A stretch of 64,000 nucleotides of DNA from Octopus sinensis (lineage: Eukaryota), in assembly GCF_006345805.1 (NCBI RefSeq), contig NC_043007.1, forward strand, positions 68,200,001 to 68,264,000, given 5' to 3'. Below are positions 39,415 through 53,472 of this stretch, in pieces. Numbering within the stretch: position 1 is the first letter of the stretch; every line of letters starts with the position of its first letter. Made by a program: the position numbers and the translations under genes. The notes beneath the pieces are model-generated. The model had not been told where the DNA came from. It made no database searches and saw nothing but the letters and a program-made list of their open reading frames with translations.

Positions 39415-41028
39415 ACTAGCCATAGATGAAGTGGACACAAACTCAGCTGCTGGTCCTGATGGTTTCCCAGCAATCCTCCTCAAATCGTGTAAGCATGCCC
39501 TGGTAAAACCCCTCAAGATTCTCTTCCAGAGCTTTCTTACAAATGGCAAACTGCCAAGCAAGCTGAAGAAGGGAATAATATGCCCAATACATAAAGGCGG
39601 AAGTAGATGCCAAAAACTATAAGCCTATCTCTCTGACTTCACACATCAGCAAAGTTATGGAACGGATAGTCAGAAGGAAACTAATCGCATTCCTTGAGGA
39701 AAATAACTTGCTGAGTGATACCCAGTATGGTTTTCGAGCGGATAGGAGCTGCCTGACCCAGCTCTTACAATATTATGACTGGGTGTTGAGGCAGTTACTC
39801 AACAAATCAAATGTGGATATAATATACCTTGATTTTGCAAAAGCTTTTGACAAGGTGGATCATGGTATGATATGCCACAAACTGCGTGACCTTGGCATAG
39901 CTGGAAAACTTGGAGTGTGGTTACATGACTTCCTGGAAAATAGAAGTCAGGCAATAGTGGCTAATGGAGCCACCTCTATGAACACACAAATAGTGAGTGG
40001 CCCTCTCAGAAATGCCCTCAAATGCCCGGATAGCCACTCTGGCAAGCTATGCAGATGATACGAAAGTCTCGCAGAAAATACAGAACCCCAGCGATGTTAC
40101 ACACCTGCAGCAGGAATTGGACTCAATCTACAGATGGGCTGAGGATAATAATATGCAGTTTAATGCTGAAAAATTCCAGGCTCTGCGCTACCAGCATCCA
40201 AAACTGAATATGAAACTTACAGGGTACACCGGTCCACAGGGAATTTCCCAGAGCCGAAGTCAGTGAGGGATCTGGATATCGAGATGTGTGATGAAACCTC
40301 TTTCCAAGTGCACATTACCAGGATGGCGACAAAGTGCAGACGACTGGCTGGATCCTAAGAACATTCAGAACCAGAGATAAGGAAACCATGATGGTCCTCG
40401 GGCGGACATTCGTCCTCAGCCGCCTGGATTACTGCTCACAGCTATGGTCACCCACCAGTGTGAAATTAACAACGGACCTTGAAGCAACCCAGAGAAGATT
40501 CACAAAGAAGATCGTCTCTTTCCAACGGCTCAGCTACTGGGAAAGGTTGAAACAGCTAAGACTCTACTCCCTGGAGAGAAGACGGGAGAGGTATGCAGCA
40601 ATATATATCTGGAAGATCCTGGAAAGAATTGTGCCAAATTTTGGCATTGAAAGCTACATCAATGCCAGAATGGGACGACACTGCATAGTGCAAAAGATCC
40701 CAGCAATGCCATCACGCTCCATGACCAGTTACTGCAACAGCCTGGATTTCAAGGGCCCACAGCTTTTTAATATTCTCCCAAAGAGTCTGAGGAACTTGCA
40801 CAAAGTAGATCTAGGTGTTTTTAAATCAAAGCTGGACCTCTTTCCGTCGAGAGTCCCAGATGAGCCTACCGGACGTCTAGAGGTGCAAATGAGAGTAGCT
40901 ATATGAACCTCTATTCTTCAACAAGTGCCACATATTAGAGGAGGCTCTTAGTAATAAGAGTGTAGCAAAACGGCGGTGCATCAGCATGACCACAACTTTG
41001 AGCTGAAACTAAAAAGAAAAAAAAAAAA
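39415..41028 (+). mobile_element. 5'-truncated CR1-like LINE, reverse transcriptase pseudogene
   Basis: AAGPDGFP, PISLTSHISKVMERIV, QYGFR..RSC.TQL, YLDFAKAFDKVDH, YADDTK, LDYCSQLWSP, SYWERLKQLRLYSLERRRER across frameshifted ORFs; A-rich tail. Confidence 0.95.
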
Positions 41029-41253
41029 TTCAAAGAGGAGAAAAAGGAAGAGGAAAAGAGAAGGAGGAAAAAGAGGAAGCAAAATGACTTTCAGTGATGA
41101 CCACACCATACCTGTGGTTTTTTTTATTTTTGAAGAGGTCCCACACCTTAAACCCATTCTAATACAATGGTAAATGACTAAATAAATACATAAATCAATA
41201 GTGAATAGAAAGGGGGATCCCTTTCTATCTATCTCCTTCTCTCTATCTATCTA

Positions 41254-41334
<81 letters not shown>

Positions 41335-41779
41335 GTCTATCTAGCTATCAGCCTATCTACCGACCTATATTATTATCTATCCATCTCCATTGTCAATGCA
41401 ACCTCATCAAAAAAGAAAAAAAATTATCTTTCCAATCAACCCCACCCCAGCCAAAAAACATCTGTTTTATATAAACGAACAAGCTATTTGTACATTCACA
41501 TAATTTTATTTGACAAGTTCGAGAAAGGAACAAAAGCCCCAATTGTAATGAAGAAATAAAAAGGTTTTTTTTCCAAAATTCTGACATTTTTTCTCAAAAT
41601 TCAATTTCTGAACATCACACCTAACACTCAATACATACATACATACATACATACATACATACATACATACATACATGCATACATACATACATACATACAA
41701 GCATGCACACATATATATAATTATGTATATATTTATATATATTGATATATATATTTATATATCTATACATTCATGTATA

Positions 41780-41814
<35 letters not shown>

Positions 41815-41815
<1 letters not shown>

Positions 41816-42600
41816 GAGAGTTCACGAAAAAAAAAAGCAAAAGACGACGACAGGTGGTGTAGAAAACAAACAGATGTATTAGTATAACGCTCAAGAATTG
41901 AAAAAAGTCTTTTACGTTTCGAGCTTACGCTCTTCTACAGAAAGGGACACAGAAAAAAACAAGGAGAGAAAAAAATGTGTGTAGTTGCTGCCGATCTATC
42001 ATGGCGACTGCCGGACAGAAGGGTCACACAGGAGGGTGAAGAAGTAGGGGAGATAACAAAGTAAAGATGACCCCCACAAGGAAGGTGCGTGCGTGTATCT
42101 GGGATGGGAATTGGTGAATGCTGGTGTGTGGGTGGTGTGTTGTGATATGATGGGCAGTTTGGTATGGTGTAGTGTTGTGTCATATTGTTGGGAGGTTGGG
42201 GAGGTGAGAGTCGGGAAAGCACGGGTGGGGTGTGGGTTAGGTTGAGGGTTGGGGTGGTGATAGGTTATGTGGGTAGGCAGAGGGTGGGGGTAGAGGTGGC
42301 GTTTGTGGTTAGGCAGAGGCTGTGGGTAGAGGTGGTGTATGTGAGAGAGGGTGTAAGTGATGGGATGGGATGGGATGGGATGGGAAGGATAGGGAAGGTG
42401 GAGTAGGAGTGTGTAGAGGTGGGGTGGGCTTATGGGGGAGGGCTGACGATGAGGGCGGAAGGGGAAGGTGGGTATGTAGGAAGAGTGAAAGAGAGTAAGA
42501 GAGAAGATAGCAGAGAGGAAGGGATTAAGAGAGAAAGAGAGAAAGAGAGAGTGAAAGAGTAAGAGAGAAGAGAGAAGAGAGAGGGAAAGAGTAAGAGAGA
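41815..42600 (-). mobile_element. Penelope-like 3' region with A6U HHR at 41909-41944
   Basis: Minus cttt-CTGTAGA-a-gagc-gtaa-gctc-GAAA-cg-TA-aaag; homologous to 48080-48330; ends at (TA)n. Confidence 0.65.
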
Positions 42601-42684
42601 AGAGAGAAGAGAGTAGGATGAAGGGAATATTTCTATATATGTATATATATATATTTATATATTTATATAGATATATTTTATATT

Positions 42685-42737
<53 letters not shown>

Positions 42738-44534
42738 TTATGTATATTATATATTAATATTTGTATATATTCACATATATCTATATATATTTATATATAT
42801 ATATCTGTATGTATATACTATATATATATATTATATATATATATTTATTTATATAGAAATATATTTATATATATAGGTATGAATAATTTATGCCATATGT
42901 TTATATATGCATTTATATTAATATCTTGCTATATGTATATGTATATATTTTAAATATATTTTATCTAATATATATCTATTTATATATATATTATATATCT
43001 ATATTTATATTATATTCATATATCTATATCTATATACATTTATATTTATAGGTATATCTATATTATATATATATATATAGATTTATCTTATCTCTCTCTC
43101 TCTCTCTTATATCTCTATATTTATATATATATATATATAATATATATATATATATATCTATATTTATATATTATATTTACATATATATTTCATATATATA
43201 TGTATATATATATACTTATATATATATACATATATACATGTATTTCATATATATATTATTCTCTCCCTCTCTCTCACACACACACAGACACACACACACC
43301 AAGCACACACATACACACACATATATATATAACAGAAAGTAATTCAAATGAATGAGCCCGTCTTGTTTTGGAAACGACTTGGACAGAGCTATGAGAGAGT
43401 GGGCATGAATGCGAGACACTTTCTGTGACATAAAACAATTGCACTTATTCTCTGTAGTTCAAAACAATACCTATCAAAGTATAAAATAATAATTTACCCT
43501 CATCGAACTTTGATCCTTCTATAATATTTAATATTCCATGCAATAAAATATGCTTTCATATATTTTCATTCCACATAAAAGTCATAATTCGTATCGGAAT
43601 GGAATGTTCTTAAGGTTTTTTTAATACCATATATACTTACATAATATTACGCATATACACAACCATTTCTAATGGGCAATAAGTTAAAAAAGTAAGTTAA
43701 ACGAATGGGCATGTACGAAGCTATCATAGTTTTGCAACTTTTAACTGATCAAATATTATTAACACAAACAACCCACCCATCCACACACACATGCGCGCGC
43801 ACACACAGACACACGCACACACATATTGTGTTATATTTATCATTCGTTTTATACTTTTTGATAAAATAAAATAAATATAAAAATTTATATATATGTATTA
43901 TATATATATTATATATATATATATATATATATTATATTAATTATATATAATATTTGTTATTTATGTATTAGTTTATGTCTATCACTGTTTGAGTTGCATG
44001 ATAGTGGTTTTATCTCTAATTCATATTTTAATATATATATATATATTACTTTATTTACTTATTATATATTGATTATTCATTTTTATACTTTTTGTGATTT
44101 AGTTATATATTTTATGAAAATATATTTTATTTGTTATTTATGTTTTGGTTTATGTCTATCATTGTTTGAATTGCATAATAGTGGTTTTTATCTCTAATTT
44201 ATATTCTATATGTATATGTACATATACATACACACATATATATATATACATATATATACACACACACACACATATATATTATATATATTATATATATACA
44301 CACACACATACTTACATAAATATAAATGAATATATATATAAATATGCACATATATTTATATAATATATGTATACATATATATATATATAAATAAACATTT
44401 AATATTATATATATATAATATAATATATTTTATATATATATATCTATATATATTCAATAAATATTTTTATATAAATATATGTTATACATATATATATATA
44501 TAAATAAACATTTATAATATATATATATATATAA

Positions 44535-44574
<40 letters not shown>

Positions 44575-45933
44575 ATAAATATATTTATATAAATATCTAT
44601 ATGTGTCTGTACGTTTAACTAATGTTAACCAGTCCCACGTGCATTTTCTTACTGCCTCTCATTTTTATATCCTGTTTTTTCTGTTTCTTTTCTTCCCACA
44701 TTCTCCTGATCTTTCTTCTTATATCTAAGGAAGGACTATATCCGATATTCGAGACGTGATGCATTTTATTCTTTCCGTTCTTCTTTAAGTGTCAAACTAA
44801 ATAATAATAATAATGACAATAATAATTGTAGTATTAGTATGAGTAAATGTAAATGTAGTAGTAGTAGCAGTAGTTGCAGCTGTAGTAGTGGTAGAGCTCG
44901 TCTCTTGTGCCTTTGTTGCTTTCGACTCCAATATTTGCGCGTGCGTGTGTGGAAATACAAGCTCTCAAGCATATTACTATGTTAACTTGGACTGAAAACA
45001 AGAAAAATAATTGATGTTCCAGCTCCTGAATATGGTTCATTCACGAAACTTCGACAGTAAGTTCTATCTCAGACAGGCAACATTGACAGAGATACGCTTA
45101 CAGTAGTGTACCTTCAACTACACTGAATTTATGTAATCTGGTGTACTCTTTATTTCGAGAAAAGAATAATGCAATTGTTCCGGTTTGAATGCCTTTGATC
45201 GCCTACTCAGTTTGAATGCCTTTGATCGCCTACCCAGCTTGGGACTAAACAAGAAGAACAACAACAACGACAACCACAACAAAACAACATATCGTCCCTG
45301 CACACGACAGTATAACAAAATATTCTTTTATGATTCAAATATACTGCGTTTTGATAAAGTATTCTTACTTGGAAGATCCCCCTGAAGGCTGTTTCCTCAT
45401 TTAGCATGTGATGTACGTTACCACGCCTACCTGAGTTACTCTTCAAATATTTATATGTAAAGAAGTTATCTGAATGTTTTCTGATTAACAGAGGACTACT
45501 ATTTTGTTTGTTGCTTGTCTTATATGTGAGAAAAGCAGAATGTATCGTTTCTATCCTATCTTTATAGCTACAAGGGAAAACTTTCGTCGTTGTTATTGAA
45601 GAACATCGCAAATTTTAATCAGAATCAAAATAATGAACTAAAAAAAGATATAAAGATAAGTCAGTAGATAAAAGAACCAGTGTTTTTTCAGTATGTAACA
45701 CAAATTAATAATAAAATAACAGTATATGTGTATGTGTGTGTATATATTACATGTATATATATAAATATATATGAATGCGCAAATAAGAGAAAAAGTACAA
45801 AATGCTGGTGTACAGTGGTGACGTTATACCTTCTGTCTACTTAGAAAACCAATAATCACGGAACTGATTTCTGAAGTTAAGGCATCAGAAATCGGGAAAC
45901 TGAAAAACAAAAATGAAAAAAAAGTAACACTGA

Positions 45934-45971
<38 letters not shown>

Positions 45972-45994
45972 CTATATTCTGTTCTTCTTCTACT

Positions 45995-46248
45995 CGTTTC
46001 TGTCATTTGACTCCGGCCATGCTGGAGCACCACCTTTAGTCGACCCCAGAACTTATTCTTTGTAAGCCTAGTACTTATTCTAATTGTCTCTTTTGCCGGA
46101 CCGCTAGCTTACGAAGACGTAAGCACAACAGCATCGGTTGGGGGGTCAAACACTGAATACACGAATACATACATACATACATACATACATACATTTATAT
46201 ATATATATTATATATAATATATAATATATATATATATATATATATAAT

Positions 46249-46317
<69 letters not shown>

Positions 46318-46480
46318 ATATATAGACAAGCGTTTCCAGTTTCCGTCCACCAAATTCCCATACAAGTGTTTGATCGGCCCGAGGTTCTAGTGGAAGACAC
46401 TTGCTCAAGGATCTACGCAGTGGCACTAACCCGGAAGCATGTGGTTGGAAAGCAAGCTGTTTACCACACGGCCGCTCCTA
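45995..46480 (-). mobile_element. SINE family B with expanded internal (TA)n
   Basis: gtcatttgactccggccatgctggagcacc...gaagacacttgctcaagg...ccacacggccgctcc. Confidence 0.8.
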
Positions 46481-47124
46481 CGACTATATTTATACTTGTA
46501 TATGTTTTCGTACCTGTGATGTTAAAACAAATGATCAAGTAAACCTGCCACTCAATTCGGATACGTATGGATTACAAATCAAAATTTGAATTATTATATG
46601 TAGTACACCCAAGTATCCGCATGCTGGTTGTCAGTATTGCGTAAGCTGTCTGACCCTGTTGCCCAATCCACTAGTATTTAAAATTGGTCATTCCAAGTAT
46701 AGAGTTTATACAGTGTTATTGAATCAAGGATTTTATTTAAAGTGACCTAAATTATTTAAAGTGTATGAGTAGGGTCAAATCGTAAACAGGAAGAGAGGAA
46801 TAAAGAAAGTGTAAAAGAAGAGAAAAAAGAGAAGAAAGAGAGAAGAAGAAAGTAAGAAGAAAAATAATGAAAACATACGATAATTTTTTTTTTAAATCGG
46901 TAAGAGGAATAAAGGAAAGAAGGAAAAAAGAAAATAAGAAAAACAAAGATATAGATAAGGGAAAGTGTACAAGTTAGTGGTCAGTGGAGATAATTTGAAA
47001 GTAGGAGTGGGGAGATAAAGGGTGATAGAGAGAAAAAGGTATTAGAGTGTAAAGAGATAGAAAGTTTGGGGGTGATAAAAAGTAAAGGAGTGACAAATGT
47101 GTAGTGGTAGAGTCTAAGTGATGG

Positions 47125-47165
<41 letters not shown>

Positions 47166-47480
47166 AGTAGTAATGAATTAAGAATTTAGGAATTTAGATG
47201 GTTTGGCAAGCCAGTGCTTAGTAATATATGAAAATATATATGTGAAGATGTATTGTGCAGGAAGGATTGCTTCGGCCGGATGGGTGTTCTGCCCTTACCT
47301 TCGAAACACACATTGAGTCGAACCCGGGGCAGCTGATGAAGGGGAATATTCCTTGTATTGTTTGTCTTGTATTCTGTTTTTTCGTTGTTAAAAAAAAGTC
47401 CGTTTCCTTGTTTGTTTTTATTTTTTCGTTTCTCGTTGTGTTCTACGTTTATTTGTGGTGTCCTGTACTTATATAATATA

Positions 47481-47525
<45 letters not shown>

Positions 47526-48163
47526 TGTATATATACATATAGATGTGGGTATGTACATATATGTATGTAAGCATGTTTTATTTGTTAAATTGTTATGTAT
47601 GTATTAGACGTATATATATTAAATATATATATATACAGATGTTTATACATATCAATATCTACACATACAACTCTTACTCGTATGTATATGCACACATGCG
47701 CACCCACATATACGTGAATCTGCATGTATTATCGCCCCTGTATACGCAGGTATATATACCTTGCATACATACGTGGATTCACTCATGCGCATACATATAC
47801 GCATACACTCACTCAAACGTATCCGATACGCTCATATACACGCATTATGGAAAAAACTTTTATATACACACGCAGACATATGACCAACGTTGAACCCCTT
47901 ATTCGCATAATCACCGAATCTGGGACTAACTATGGTCTCTCTATAGCACTTATTCAGCATTACCTGACACTTTTGGGTCTCAATGGTACCATTACCTCTC
48001 ATAACCTCCATGCGAGGTCATTTAACCCTATTATCTCCCCTAATTTCGCTCTTGCGTCTCACGTTTGATCTTTGACTTCTGGCCGAAATCAGATCGCCAT
48101 GTTGATTCGCTAGCCTCTGCACGCATTTTTTCTCTCCTTCTTTCTGTGTTTCTTCTCTGTGTA

Positions 48164-48201
48164 TCTTTCTGTTGAAGAGCGTAGGCTCGAAACGTAAAAG
48201 A
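48164..48201 (+). ncRNA. Minimal HHR motif with A6U core
   Basis: tcttt-CTGTTGA-a-gagc-gtag-gctc-GAAA-cg-TA-aaaga: 5-bp stem I, 4-bp stem II, palindromic ACGT stem III. Confidence 0.6.
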
Positions 48202-48412
48202 CTTGTTTTATTTATATTCCTGAGCGCCATACTAATACAATTGTTTGTTTGTATTCCACCTGCCTTCGTCTTTTGTTTATTTCCGTAAACCTGCCTTCGT
48301 CTTTTGTTTATTTTCATAAAGCTTCCCCCTATATATATATATATATTTATGCCCCCCAGCATGGCCACAGCTCATAAGCTGATTAATCAAATCAATCAAT
48401 CAATCAATCATA

Positions 48413-48448
<36 letters not shown>

Positions 48449-49189
48449 AAAATTAAATACGGGAAGAAATTGATATTTATCAATTAAAACCAGTAGCTTA
48501 GCATATTAAAAAAAAATCCGAAGATTAAAAATTGTTTTCCATACAATTTGGGTTGTTTGCTGAGAGTTTTCTTGAGAACACATTCTTCGTGGTAATGCCG
48601 ATTTGCTGTCTATGTTTAGCATATTATGTGTCCACTTTTAGTGGTCAGTCCTCTAAATTTTGTATATATATATATATATTTCTGTGTGAGTTAGAGGTTA
48701 AGAAACCAACTAAGGGATAATACCTATCCAATATACTGCTGGTAGTCTACCCAGTTATTCATAGCCAAGTGCTAGTTATTGCAAGACAATCTCACAATTG
48801 AGTATTATATATGGGCGAGGGTAAAAAGTGGTTTATTCTTGATTTATACGACAAATGCGAAAACGGAGAGGATATAAAATCGACAGACATTAGCCGGTAA
48901 ACATTCCAGTATGTCTATTTAAATGTATTGGATGAATACACACACATGCATGAGTGCTACAGATTAGCGAGTGGAAAAAAATGGTGACTGCATAAACAAG
49001 GGTGTGAATACATATAAGCGTATAGAAACAAATGAGCAATTGAGCAAATGAGCAAACTGGCAAAAAACTAAATGGGTGTGCAGGTGCTAGTTTCTTGCAG
49101 CTGTTTCTGCCAAGAGGCAACGAAATCTTCCAGGTTATCTTCATCTCTTCAGTGTTAATCATATATATATATATATACTTAATCATATC

Positions 49190-49560
49190 AAAGGGAAATG
49201 GAAATTAATTAAAATTTTCATTTCCAGTGGCCTAACGTGTAAAAATTTAGTCCAAAGACTATGTATTAGTCATAAAATACAGTGTACATTTAAACACATG
49301 AGGAATCCACTCGTGGGATTCAACACGATAGAAAGAACAGCTAGGTTCTATAACCACAAAATTAGGAATAAAATTCGACAGGGGCGAAATGAGAAAATAA
49401 AAACATATAAATATATATATATATAAACTTAGATAAACTTAGATATGTTTCGACCAAAGATTGGTCCAGGCCAATATATAGAGACTATGGTATTACAACC
49501 AGCCAGGAACAGTCTTCGCTACATTTGCGGTACCTGCCAGAGGGAGTGTTTGTCCAGGAT
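49190..49560 (-). mobile_element. Relative of the 56641-57320 element
   Basis: Shares aaatacagtgtacatttaaacacat and the ccagtggccta terminal block; its HHR region is decayed. Confidence 0.55.
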
Positions 49561-49676
49561 AGGACTACACAGCCACAGCAGGAAATGTATCAGGACATGA
49601 AATATAAAAGCCGGACTAGACTACCTTAGGCGCAACTCCATTGTCTCCCGAGACAGAAAGGATGCCAACCAACCAA

Positions 49677-49743
<67 letters not shown>

Positions 49744-50222
49744 TTTGTATAGTTAAAAAATGAAGGAGATAGGGTAAGTAATCGGTGTAAAATACTACTG
49801 GTTCGATTTTCAATGAATAGACTTTCAAGATGACGCTTCTACATGGTCGCTGTCCAATAACTGAAACACGTGAAAGTAAGTATTTGATCACGATGATTTT
49901 GATGACTCTGTGATATTAATGAAGAAGCGATGATTATGATGAGAATGGTAAAATACAGAACGAGGAATAAATCACCGAAGAAATGTTGGTTGAGACCGGT
50001 TCAAAAACCTTGTCAATGAATAGAATTATTTGTCTACAAACATCACTGTTTTTATTACTTTTACCTAATGTTAAATTTGTTTCTTTTATTACGTCAATGC
50101 TGTAGCTCTGGTATGAATGAGCAGAAAATAGAAAAAAAATGACAGAAAAGATACCAGAGAAAGGGAGAGAGAGAGAGAGAGAGAGATAAAGAGAGGGAGA
50201 TGGAGTGAAGAATAGTTTGTGG

Positions 50223-50253
<31 letters not shown>

Positions 50254-50540
50254 AGCATACATATACACATATACAAATGCACCTAGATATACATAGATAT
50301 AGATATATGTATATATACATGCATACAATCACATAAATGTATTTATACACACATATGCGAACATATATGTATATACATATACAAACACACATACACACAT
50401 ACACATATATATATACTTGTACATGTGTAGATGTCAATATGTGTACATATTTACAAATATCTATGTAGAGTATATGTGTGAAATACATGTATGAGTATGC
50501 GAACTGTTTGGAGATATATATACCTACAAACACATATATG

Positions 50541-50581
<41 letters not shown>

Positions 50582-50679
50582 TCATGCGCATACATTTATA
50601 AGCACTCTCATGGTTATAAGTGTCTGTATGTATATATATATATATATGGGTGTGTGTGTGTATCCGCATTTCTATCTAT

Positions 50680-50716
<37 letters not shown>

Positions 50717-50801
50717 TGTATGTATATATATGTATTATGTATATATATATGTGTGTATATATATATGTATGTAAATATATATGTATGTATATATATGTAT
50801 A

Positions 50802-50878
<77 letters not shown>

Positions 50879-51149
50879 GTACATCTTTATATATATAATA
50901 TGGCATGTATGTATGTATGTATGTATGTATGTATGTATGTATGTATGTATGTGTGTATGTACTTATATATTGTGCGTAAATTGATTGATTTCCATGATCA
51001 CTTCTGTTGGTTGAAATGTTTTAACAGGAAAACAAACATGGATGGCAATGTTAAGCTGGATAATTAAATGGTAATTTCACGTAATTTGATCTTTCCTTTA
51101 TTCAGTTTTCGACACTTAAACCTCCTTATTATTGTAATTGTTTTTTCGC

Positions 51150-51460
51150 TGATGATGATGATGATGATGATGATGTTGATAATACTTTTATTGCTGTTTT
51201 TGCTTTCGAACTCAGTTTTCTTCTTCTTCTTCTTCTTCTTCTTCTTCTTCTTCTTCTTCTTCTTCTTCTTCTTCTTCTTCTTCTTCTTCTTCTTCTTCTT
51301 CTTCTTCTTCTTCTTCTTCTTCTTCTCTTCTTCTTCTTCTTCTTCTCGTTCATCATCATCATCACCACCACCACCCACGTCCACCAACACCACCATCACT
51401 ACCACCACCACCACCACCACCACCACCACCATCACCACCACCACCATCATCATCATCAAC
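51150..51460. repeat. Compound (GAT)n / (TTC)n / (CAC,CAT)n microsatellite
   Basis: Directly visible. Confidence 0.95.
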
Positions 51461-52117
51461 TTCTTTTTCTTTGGTTCTTCTTTCCTTCGTCCCTTCCTTC
51501 GTTCCTTCCTTTCTTTCTCTGAAATCAACTTAATACAATATGTCAACATGTCATGCCGTTTCTCGTCAGTAGTGTCATCCGAATGTCCACATCAAACTTC
51601 ATGAATAAGTCAAAAGTGATTAGTTATTGTCTTTTTTTTTTAAACCTTTTTGTTGCTGTTAATTTTTGTTCCCTTTAGGTTTTTTATGTATTTTTCTTTT
51701 TGCATTTAATTCTAAAAGAAAGTTACTTGCACTTGTTAAAAAATATGTTTGAAACAAGAATATAAGATAAGAGAATAAGAAAAAAGAAATAATTCTGCGC
51801 TTTCTATGTTTGTCCTAAGCACAATTTCATTCAATGAAGAATAAGGTAATTAGCTCGCTAATTGATATTTTATGCCACTTAGAAAACATAAATTTTCACC
51901 ATCCTAGCGTTGACAAACAAACAACACCACACAACACAACAACGAACGAACAAACAAACAGATAAATAAACCAAAGAAAATTAAAGAAAAATTATAAAAC
52001 ACCCAACGATGTCGGTGAAAAGAAGAGATATAATTGAAAGATAGCCCAAAAGACAAAAAGAAAGATAGCAGTGAAGGAAAGAGGCACGAAAATAGAAAAA
52101 TGATGAAGAATAACAAC

Positions 52118-52465
<348 letters not shown>

Positions 52466-53052
52466 GTATCGATTAACAAGAGTAAAAATGTCACTTTCAA
52501 TTATTGATAAGATTAGTTAGTAGCAACATTAATGCAAATTTAGTCTAATTTAAATGTTTAGACACTTCCTAATTTCTCAATAGTAGAGAGTTGCAAAAGT
52601 AACTGCATTAGCAACAGGAACAACAGTAATAAAAAGAGCACGAAGTAATATAAAAATAAACAATGCAAATATTCGAATAAAAGCTAAAATGTAGAATTAA
52701 GTAAAAAAAAAAAAAGCCAAAAACGCGCGTTGTATTTAGCATAAAATCTGTTGGAAAACGAAGAATTCTGAAATTTAGCTCCATCTGTTGATTCAGTGTT
52801 ACTCTATTGATAGTATGAAAACGTCTTTTACAATATTTATATTTGTTTTTATGGTTATTCAACGCCTTATTTTATTGAGTCTTGGCAACATTCTACCGTT
52901 GAAAGTATCGCTCGGAGATTGAACTTGTGTTCACCACCAGTTACTAGGGAACCTCTACTTCGTCAGTTGACCTGTTTAAAAATAACAGTGAAATATTATT
53001 ATCAAGTTATTGAATATACTCATTGAATAATAAAATCCTTATCGGCAATCTC

Positions 53053-53472
53053 TTATTTCTTTATTGCCCACAATTATTTCTTTATTGCCACACAGAGGGG
53101 AGAAACAAGGACTGACAAAGGGATGAAGTCGATTATATCGACCCCAGTGCGTAACTGGTACTTAATTTATCGACCCCGAAAGGATGAAAGGCAAAGTCGA
53201 CCTCGGCGGAATTTGAACTCAGAACGTAGCGGCAGACGAAATACCTATTTCTTTACTACCCACAAGGGGCTAAACACAGAGGGGACAAACAAGAACAGAC
53301 GGATTAAGTCGGTTATATTGACCCCAGTGCGTAACTGGTACTTAATTTATCGACCCCGAAAGGATGAAAGGCAAAGTCAACCTCGGCGGAATTTGAACTC
53401 AGAACGTAACGGCAGACGAAATATGGCTACGCATTTCGCCTGGCATGCTAACGTTTCTTCCAGCTCGCCGCC
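53053..53472 (-). mobile_element. SINE family A with duplicated core
   Basis: Two near-identical cores separated by the same linker seen at 17210-17290. Confidence 0.85.

Noticed and set aside
47255-47355. GAAA...GTC...CTGATGA as a type II hammerhead
   Set aside because: No convincing stem I or stem III; probably a decayed PLE end
49818-49878. acttt-CAAGATGA...GAAAcacgtg-aaagt HHR-like motif (also 44725-44765 and 10-50)
   Set aside because: Core and/or cleavage triplet broken and stem II unclear; too degenerate to call
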